IMG/VR virus record: IMGVR_UViG_3300020595_000014
Length of the DNA: 64,000 nt
Reading direction: 5' to 3' (one strand)
DNA from: an uncultured virus (IMG/VR IMGVR_UViG_3300020595_000014)
Taxonomy: Duplodnaviria; Heunggongvirae; Uroviricota; Caudoviricetes
The translations under genes and the position numbers were made by a program. Below, piece by piece: positions 57,457 to 64,000 of this stretch. The notes under the pieces are model-generated. The model saw only the letters and a program-made list of their open reading frames with translations. It ran no database searches and was not told the origin of the DNA. The number at the start of each line of letters is the position of its first letter. Within the stretch, counting starts at the first letter, position 1.

Positions 57457-58080
57457 ATGTCAGTACAGCAATCACAGTTAAATAAAAGTAGGTTAGATAA
57501 ATTTCTATGTGTTATCAACCTGCCTGAAGGTCTTAGAGGTATTAATGATAATAGCATCGGGGCTACAGACAACAATAAGATTAACGAAAATTCATTACAA
57601 TTTTCTGTATATGGTGCTGTTGTGCCAGATGTAACAGTACCGGATGTTATTCTACCCTATGCCGGTCAATCGTATAAAATATCTAGTAATACAAGACCTC
57701 CTTATGCAAATGTAACTGTTAGCTTTACTGTTGATAGTAAATTTAGAAACTATTGGGTTATATACAAATGGTTAGATCTCCTTAATGATGATAAGGAATC
57801 TGTATTTGATGCGGGTAATGTTGCTAACACGGTTAAAGTATCGCCAGAATCTCGTGTTTCAGATACAAAAAGGAATAGATCTTCTACTCCACCAGAGCTG
57901 TATCAATCTCTTATTACCATATACGGTCTTGATGAATTCGATAAACCGATGGTTCAATTTGACTATACAAAAGCATTTCCTGTATCGCTTGGTGGTATTA
58001 ACTATAATTACCGAGAAGCTGGTGAGATTGAAATAGAATTTGAATTCGCATTCTCGCAATTATTAGTGAAGTTACCGTAA
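57457..58080 (+). CDS. gp3-like tail completion / tube-fold protein
   Basis: F.VD..F.NY..IYKWL, AFPVSLGGINY, F.F motifs. Confidence 0.65.
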   Translation: MSVQQSQLNKSRLDKFLCVINLPEGLRGINDNSIGATDNNKINENSLQFSVYGAVVPDVTVPDVILPYAGQSYKISSNTRPPYANVTVSFTVDSKFRNYWVIYKWLDLLNDDKESVFDAGNVANTVKVSPESRVSDTKRNRSSTPPELYQSLITIYGLDEFDKPMVQFDYTKAFPVSLGGINYNYREAGEIEIEFEFAFSQLLVKLP

Positions 58081-58099
58081 TTTTTATCCCGTTGGACCA

Positions 58100-58105
58100 T
58101 AAATA
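58100..58105 (+). promoter_or_regulatory. Late promoter TAAATA for tail sheath
   Basis: 5 nt before ATG 58111. Confidence 0.75.
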
Positions 58106-58110
58106 ATATT

Positions 58111-60528
58111 ATGGCACGTACAATTCAATCACCAGGTGTAGAGATTAATGAGATAGATTTGTCTCTCAGACCTAATATACCAGCTGGTACCACAATATTA
58201 GTCCCAGGTTTCGCAGACAAAGGACCAACAGACGAAGTTATTCAAGTAACGAGCTTAAGTGAGTTCGAGCAAATCTACGGATTGCCCACTACACCAGCAG
58301 AACGCTACTTCTATCATTCGGTTAGACCTCTATTCAATTCACCAGCTAATATTCAAGCGTACAGGTTACCGTATGGTGAACAAACCGGAGCAGGCTTCGG
58401 TAACACTTACGGAGCACTTGCATACCCAGCAGTAGGTATTGCACTATCTGGTACTGGTGAGACCTTAGCAACATACTCTCAGCCGACGTCTGGTGATCAA
58501 AATGTACCTGGTATTTACGTACTCGGTAAACCCTACCACATGGAGTTAACGCAGGAAGAATACTTCCAAGTACTACGACAAGACGAGTTCAACTGGACTA
58601 ACGATTTAACCGCGGTTCCAGACACATTCGCAAAACTAGGAAACGCTGCAGTAGTTGTTCTTAACAAAGGGCAAACGACAGTTAATGGCCGATTTGAAGG
58701 TTATTATCTCGGTCTTGCAGACAATACTAACCTAAACGATGCAACAGACTTTGATGCTATATTAACAGCAGAGACAGTAGCTACTAGCGCAACTGTTACA
58801 TCTAATTACCTAAGACTGCCAACTCAGAGATTAAACTTTACACTATCTGGTGCAAATGATGCAACAACCAATACATTCGGTCAAGAGACTGATAGTATAT
58901 CTGAGATCATGGAAAATCTCACAGATTTCGATATTGCAACACCTCAGTACGATGATGTATTATCAGTCGGTCTATTCAAACTAAGACAATCAGTATTCGC
59001 TGCTGATGTTATTAAACTAGATTACATCTTATCTGAAAATTATGTAGGTTCATTTGACTTCCATAGACAACAGCAAAGTCAGCAAGGTGGAGCTCCTCAG
59101 AGCTTCTTCTTAGGATTCAGAGAAGATGAATCACCTAATATATCAGTCGTGATTAATGACAACTTATCACACAGAAATGGTGATACGTGGCTCGATCTTA
59201 ATGGTAACCCTATTAACAAGATAAGAATTGCTAATAGTAAGTTTACTGCAAATGAAGCTAATGCAATCGATGCTGATCCAGGCTTTGCAAACTTCCAGCT
59301 ACTATCCAGTGGTTATATTCCTGAGACATCAATAGTACCAGCTACTAGTGCTGCTCTTATTAATAACGTCTTTAGTACCTTATCTGGAGCGGTTGATACT
59401 TTAGGAGCAGCTGACTCACTATTCACAGTCGGTGCTTATGCCAATGCTAACTTACAAGCGGAGCAAAAAGATCTAGGTAGTGTACCGAGAAAGGTTGACA
59501 GATTACTCGACACCATTGAGAACCCTGAAGTCTTTGATCTCGATATTACTATTGAAGCTGGTCTTGGTACAATTAACGCTGCCAGAAAAGACAATGGCGA
59601 TGACAAATACTTCGACGATCTAACTAATGTCTCAGCAATGTCCGGTTTCTATAAATCAGATATTACTAAGATATCATCAGAAGCACAGACTTACAGAGAT
59701 AACTGGAAGACAATCTACAATAGGTTTAACGACTTTGCGGAGAAGAGAAGGAAGGATCATATGTTTATTGCCGATTTACCAAGGCCTATATTCGTACAAG
59801 GACGTAACTTCAAGACCCTAGATGATCCTGAAAAGAACTTCTCGTTGAATGTATCAAAGCCCGTGCAAGCCTTTACGACTATTCTTAATTCAAGTTACTC
59901 TACTACATATGCAGCTTGGAATAAGGTTTATGATAGTTCATTAGACGATCAAGTATGGGTGCCATTCTCTGGTACTGCTGCAAGTCAAATGGCTAATACA
60001 GATGCTAACTTCCAACCATGGTTCGCACCTGCTGGATTTACTAGAGGTAGAGTAGGTAGTGTTAATGATATCGCGCTGTACCCTAAGCAGAAGCAAAGAG
60101 ACCAACTTTATAAGAACTCGGTCAACCCAGTTGCATTCTTCCCGGGTGATGGCTTCGTAACATTCGGACAGAAGACTCTACAAGCAGCTCCGACTGCATT
60201 TGATAGAATCAATGTACGTAGACTGTTCTTGAATCTTGAGAAAGCGACAAGAAATACAGTTAAGTACTTCTTGTTCGAGCCTAATACGCTACTCACAAGA
60301 ACGAGAGTTATTAATACACTCACCCCAATATTCGAGAATGCTAAGAATACTGAAGGATTGTATGATTACTTGATCGTATGCGATGAAAGAAATAACACTC
60401 CAGACGTTATTGATCAAAATGAAATGGTGGTAGATATCTACCTAAAGCCAGTTCGCGCTGCTGAATTCATTCTTGTTAACTTCTATGCAACTCGTACAGG
60501 TACAGACTTCAACGAGATTGTCGGTTAA
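58111..60528 (+). CDS. Tail sheath protein (gp18-like)
   Basis: SPGVEINEIDLS, PWFAPAGFTRG, GQKTL, AFDRINVRRLF, FEPN, IYLKPVRAAEFI. Confidence 0.95.
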   Translation: MARTIQSPGVEINEIDLSLRPNIPAGTTILVPGFADKGPTDEVIQVTSLSEFEQIYGLPTTPAERYFYHSVRPLFNSPANIQAYRLPYGEQTGAGFGNTYGALAYPAVGIALSGTGETLATYSQPTSGDQNVPGIYVLGKPYHMELTQEEYFQVLRQDEFNWTNDLTAVPDTFAKLGNAAVVVLNKGQTTVNGRFEGYYLGLADNTNLNDATDFDAILTAETVATSATVTSNYLRLPTQRLNFTLSGANDATTNTFGQETDSISEIMENLTDFDIATPQYDDVLSVGLFKLRQSVFAADVIKLDYILSENYVGSFDFHRQQQSQQGGAPQSFFLGFREDESPNISVVINDNLSHRNGDTWLDLNGNPINKIRIANSKFTANEANAIDADPGFANFQLLSSGYIPETSIVPATSAALINNVFSTLSGAVDTLGAADSLFTVGAYANANLQAEQKDLGSVPRKVDRLLDTIENPEVFDLDITIEAGLGTINAARKDNGDDKYFDDLTNVSAMSGFYKSDITKISSEAQTYRDNWKTIYNRFNDFAEKRRKDHMFIADLPRPIFVQGRNFKTLDDPEKNFSLNVSKPVQAFTTILNSSYSTTYAAWNKVYDSSLDDQVWVPFSGTAASQMANTDANFQPWFAPAGFTRGRVGSVNDIALYPKQKQRDQLYKNSVNPVAFFPGDGFVTFGQKTLQAAPTAFDRINVRRLFLNLEKATRNTVKYFLFEPNTLLTRTRVINTLTPIFENAKNTEGLYDYLIVCDERNNTPDVIDQNEMVVDIYLKPVRAAEFILVNFYATRTGTDFNEIVG

Positions 60529-60547
60529 TACTAAACACTAACAAATT

Positions 60548-60577
60548 AAGCCGGTCCGAAAGGGTCGGCTTTTTTTT
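60548..60577 (+). terminator. Intrinsic terminator
   Basis: AAGCCGGTCC-GAAA-GGGTCGGC followed by T8. Confidence 0.85.
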
Positions 60578-60618
60578 GAACTCATATAAAAAACAACTAA
60601 TCTAGATTAAATAATTAC

Positions 60619-61164
60619 ATGGCAGACGTTAAACAAACGATACAAGACTTTTATACTCAGGCGCAAGCAAGAGATTTCGCAAGAAATAACTTGTTCAGGG
60701 TACTTAACATTGACTTCGGTAGCGGTAGTGATATATCTATTGATGAAGAGGATCTAATATATGCGACTACAGCTACTCTACCTGGTAAGACAATTCAAGA
60801 TGTTGTAGTACCTTACATGGGGTTAGATTTTCATGTACCCGGTACTGTTAAGTATAACAACTCTGGTGGATATTCTCTAACTTTTAGAGCTGATGAATCA
60901 TATAAATTGTATGAGAAGTTCCAACAGGTCATTAATGATACGTTTGATGACTCTACATCTACAGGTAATTACTTTACACCTAAGGCCGATTCTGTCATCG
61001 ACTTAGTGCAGCTAGATAAGGAACTAAATCAACTAGCACAGTATCAATTGGTTGGCGCTAGCATACGTTCAGTCGGTGATCTATCATACGATGTGACAGC
61101 TTCTGGTGACGTACAAACCTTCACTGTTACTATTGCTTACCAGTTTTATAGAAAGACTGCGTAA
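60619..61164 (+). CDS. Tail tube protein (gp19-like)
   Basis: ARNNLFRV, ATLPG, VPYMG, PG, QLDK, VGDLSY, FTVTIAYQ. Confidence 0.88.
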   Translation: MADVKQTIQDFYTQAQARDFARNNLFRVLNIDFGSGSDISIDEEDLIYATTATLPGKTIQDVVVPYMGLDFHVPGTVKYNNSGGYSLTFRADESYKLYEKFQQVINDTFDDSTSTGNYFTPKADSVIDLVQLDKELNQLAQYQLVGASIRSVGDLSYDVTASGDVQTFTVTIAYQFYRKTA

Positions 61165-61183
61165 CACTTATTTTTATAACTTT

Positions 61184-61216
61184 AAGAGCCGTACCTATTT
61201 GGTACGGCTTTTTTTT
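61184..61216 (+). terminator. Intrinsic terminator
   Basis: AGAGCCGTACC-tattt-GGTACGGC followed by T8. Confidence 0.85.
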
Positions 61217-61232
61217 GCTTAAATATTTGTGT

Positions 61233-62051
61233 ATGAGTATTCTTAATGCTGCAGGCAATTTTCTGCAAGGTGTAAAAAGCGTGACGCAAGGTAACCTAGG
61301 CGGTTCTCTAGGTCAACCTAATATACAGTTACTTGGTACTAATATACCTGGGGTACCATTAGTGAGTTTTAGAGATTCATTCTTAAAGTCCATGGAGTCA
61401 TGGATCGGTACCATACCACTAAGAACTCAGTATATTATATTCTTCGATAATTTTCCAAGTGGTTTACGGACTAATGTAATACAAAATCTCGAACCAGTAC
61501 AAGCAGATAAGAAAGGTTTCGATATCGATAGAGCTAGAGCGGTACTAACGTCTTACCCATTTCAGGGTATTAATGGGTGTATGTTTGCGCAAGGTGCCGC
61601 TATTCCAGACGATACATTTCAGACCAGCCATGCTGAGATCGCGAATAATATGGGACTTATACCTGGCCTCATAGGCCAGGGACGTGTAAAATTCTCGCCG
61701 CTTACCATAAACTTTAGAGAGACCAATACATCATTCGTTGATAGTTTAGTCAGACCATGGGTTATCTTAGGTGCACATGCCGGTATGGTCGCCAGGCCCG
61801 AGAGCTCGACACTAAATGTTAAGACTAACGTAACTATAGTACAGTACACGAGGTCATTTCAAAAACTATCACAGGTGCCTAGAAAGGTCTGGAAGTTTTA
61901 TAACTGCGTACCTATGAGTGTAGATACGAGAAATTTATCATACGATAGGGAGGCACTTGAAACATATAACACCAGGTGGGCATACACCCACTATACATTA
62001 GAGGATAATTTATACTTGCCATTACCTGACTTGATTGATAAAATATTTTAA
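61233..62051 (+). CDS. Tail-tube-fold baseplate protein (gp48/gp54-like)
   Basis: LTINFRET, WKFYNCVPMSV, LSYD, WAYTHY tube-fold signature; follows tube gene. Confidence 0.6.
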   Translation: MSILNAAGNFLQGVKSVTQGNLGGSLGQPNIQLLGTNIPGVPLVSFRDSFLKSMESWIGTIPLRTQYIIFFDNFPSGLRTNVIQNLEPVQADKKGFDIDRARAVLTSYPFQGINGCMFAQGAAIPDDTFQTSHAEIANNMGLIPGLIGQGRVKFSPLTINFRETNTSFVDSLVRPWVILGAHAGMVARPESSTLNVKTNVTIVQYTRSFQKLSQVPRKVWKFYNCVPMSVDTRNLSYDREALETYNTRWAYTHYTLEDNLYLPLPDLIDKIF

Positions 62052-62824
62052 TGGTCTCAAGTCAACTATCAATACCTCTTCAACGAGGCCTAGTACGCTT
62101 TGAAGAGCTATCTTACATAGAATATAAAAATATATGTAAGATGCTCCTTTCAAGTGATCTAGAGGAGATTAATAATTGCTTCGAGACAATCACACAGCGC
62201 ATATCATCTAGTTACGATCTCAATATTATCGATAAATTTGAAGCATTAATATATATTAGAAACTCTATACTAGGTAATAATATAACACTCACTCACGACG
62301 ATAGAGATGTTAATTTTTCATTGAAGGAACAATGTATAGGTGTCTTTCGAGAGGATGCTTTTGAGTACGGTGGATGTAAGTTCAAGACACCTAAGTATTT
62401 TCATAGCAAGGATATTACAGCTACTGTAGCGGATTATCTTTATGATGTTAATGGTAATGATGTAGATAGGTTTTCAATACACGATAAGATCTTAATATTA
62501 AATGAAACCGATATACATATTATAAAGGTTGCCGGCATTATAAATAAGATCAAGGATAGGAGTGGCGTGGATATTCTTGAAAATAGAGCAGAAATTAATG
62601 TGTATAATGCATCGATACTATACTTCCTACGTGAAATTTTCACTAGTGATCTAATGGAGATGTATGAATTCGAGTACAATATATCGCAACGTCTAAATTT
62701 AAAAGGACACGACCTACAGTACTATACACTACCGGAGCTTAAAATTAATTTAAACTTCTATACCAAAGAACAGGCTGAGAAAACTGAAGCCGAAAACAGT
62801 AGAACTCCGGACAACGGGGAGTAA
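62051..62824 (+). CDS. Putative baseplate hub assembly protein
   Basis: FEELSYIEYK, LIYIRNSILG resemble gp26-type motifs; position. Confidence 0.4.
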   Translation: MVSSQLSIPLQRGLVRFEELSYIEYKNICKMLLSSDLEEINNCFETITQRISSSYDLNIIDKFEALIYIRNSILGNNITLTHDDRDVNFSLKEQCIGVFREDAFEYGGCKFKTPKYFHSKDITATVADYLYDVNGNDVDRFSIHDKILILNETDIHIIKVAGIINKIKDRSGVDILENRAEINVYNASILYFLREIFTSDLMEMYEFEYNISQRLNLKGHDLQYYTLPELKINLNFYTKEQAEKTEAENSRTPDNGE

Positions 62825-62832
62825 ATATTGAT

Positions 62833-63573
62833 ATGTCCGATGTAAGTAGTATCATTCAAGAGCTTAAAAAAGCAAAAAAGGTTATAAGTGTATTCTCACC
62901 TACACTTAAGAGTAGCATTGATATTGCTCCTATTACACTCGCACAGCAATCTAAGATCATCGAAACTGTAGCAAACATTACATCAAGTGCTGGCAGCCCT
63001 ATTATAGCTATCTTAGAATTTAATAACGTGATGTATTCTATTCTTAAAAAGAATATTAGTGAGTATCAACCCGTCTTTAATACTATTGACCGAACTAACT
63101 TTATCCTCGCGCTTAAAGGATATATTGATGGTATCGTTACTACCGAAGATAGTATAGACTTCGATATCAAAAAGATGCTCACTAGAAATGAGAGTATTGA
63201 GCTTGAAGTTGCACCAGAAAGCGTCACAGTTGACGATATTACATTTCACCTTGCACCACCTTCAATGGATGACGACCATATCGTTAACGGTCTTATTCTA
63301 CGTAAGTATAAGAGTAATTCAGCTAAATCTCTTCTGAGTGACGTGTATCATTTTGAATCATTAAAATTTATTAAAGCCATCTCTATTGGTGACCAGACTC
63401 TTAAAATTAGAAAAGATACTAAGAGCATAGATATTATTAAGGAGCTCGATACAGTGCAGTTACGACCTGTATACGACTATATTGGTAAGGTTAGAGCCGC
63501 TGAAGAAGTGCTAACTAACCACCTCACGGCCGATGAGCAACTAGATATTACCCCAGACCTATTTATATCGTAG
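62833..63573 (+). CDS. Putative baseplate hub assembly protein
   Basis: PTL...I.PITLAQQ.KII, IDR..ILAL, P..F end; late motif 5 nt upstream. Confidence 0.45.
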   Translation: MSDVSSIIQELKKAKKVISVFSPTLKSSIDIAPITLAQQSKIIETVANITSSAGSPIIAILEFNNVMYSILKKNISEYQPVFNTIDRTNFILALKGYIDGIVTTEDSIDFDIKKMLTRNESIELEVAPESVTVDDITFHLAPPSMDDDHIVNGLILRKYKSNSAKSLLSDVYHFESLKFIKAISIGDQTLKIRKDTKSIDIIKELDTVQLRPVYDYIGKVRAAEEVLTNHLTADEQLDITPDLFIS

Positions 63574-63593
63574 TGTGATGTATAAATATATGT

Positions 63594-64000
63594 ATGGCAG
63601 AACCTACTATTGCGGAAGCAATTTCGCTACTAACTAAAGTATCAGCTGATACGGCGAACCAACTAAAAATCCTTCAGAAAGAGGTTGGTAAGGGCGCGCG
63701 CGCATCAACAACATCGCGAGGCTCTACTGCACCGCGCGAAGCTCAAGGGCCACGAGATATTGTAGAAAGGCCTAAAGATGTTGTAATTACTAATTTTGGA
63801 CCTGATGCTGAAGATGATCTTGCTAGAGCTTTCGGTCGCGAGACTGAAGCAGCTTTAGAAAAACAGCAGGAGAAAAATAATAGTGACCTAATGGGCCTAT
63901 TAAAATTAGTAGGAGTCGGTGCAGGTCTTGCGGCATTAGTTGATGGTCAAGGTATTGTAGGTCTTGTATCAGGCTTACAACAAGTTTACAAGAGAATTGA
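63594..64000 (+). CDS. Partial late gene, possibly tape-measure/hub protein
   Basis: TATAAATA at 63581-63588; open frame MAEPTIAEAISLL...LMGLLKLVGVGAGLAAL to window end. Confidence 0.5.
   Translation, partial: MAEPTIAEAISLLTKVSADTANQLKILQKEVGKGARASTTSRGSTAPREAQGPRDIVERPKDVVITNFGPDAEDDLARAFGRETEAALEKQQEKNNSDLMGLLKLVGVGAGLAALVDGQGIVGLVSGLQQVYKRI

Noticed and set aside
266..63249. Many short ORFs antisense to or nested in longer genes (e.g. 13534-13947, 14924-15295, 35237-35638, 42472-42873, 43922-44464, 52626-53033)
   Set aside because: They overlap well-supported genes, have no motifs and lack the promoter signatures; treated as shadow ORFs
1..64000. tRNA, rRNA or stop-codon reassignment
   Set aside because: Intergenic gaps are very short and no cloverleaf was seen; core genes are full length in the standard code and use all three stops

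Overview
An AT-rich, densely coding 64-kb segment of a large T4-like myovirus genome; the host cannot be identified from the sequence. From left to right it holds five regions. (1) A ~13-kb, mostly minus-strand cluster of sugar-tailoring enzymes: several glycosyltransferases, an amidinotransferase, two PLP aminotransferases, a PIG-L deacetylase, an epimerase, a reductase, a 2OG-Fe(II) oxygenase and two radical SAM/SPASM proteins. (2) A block of acidic, probably virion-internal proteins, including a ligase-like/HIGH-nucleotidyltransferase fusion. (3) The T4-like replication core (uvsY, uvsW, gp55, gp47, gp46, gp43, uvsX, gp41, gp32, gp45, rnh, gp61), interleaved with 7-deazaguanine-type genes (QueC, class-II amidotransferase, PurN-like formyltransferase, DUF5664-like pyrophosphohydrolase) and nucleotide-sugar genes. 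(4) More small acidic late genes. (5) Morphogenesis genes (gp14, gp17, gp3-like, gp18, gp19, baseplate-like). The clearest non-coding signal is promoter placement: TAAATA lies exactly 5 nt before at least 17 start codons and TATAAT lies 6-7 nt before at least 9, implying widespread leaderless mRNAs. All product calls come from motif recognition by eye; no searches were run.
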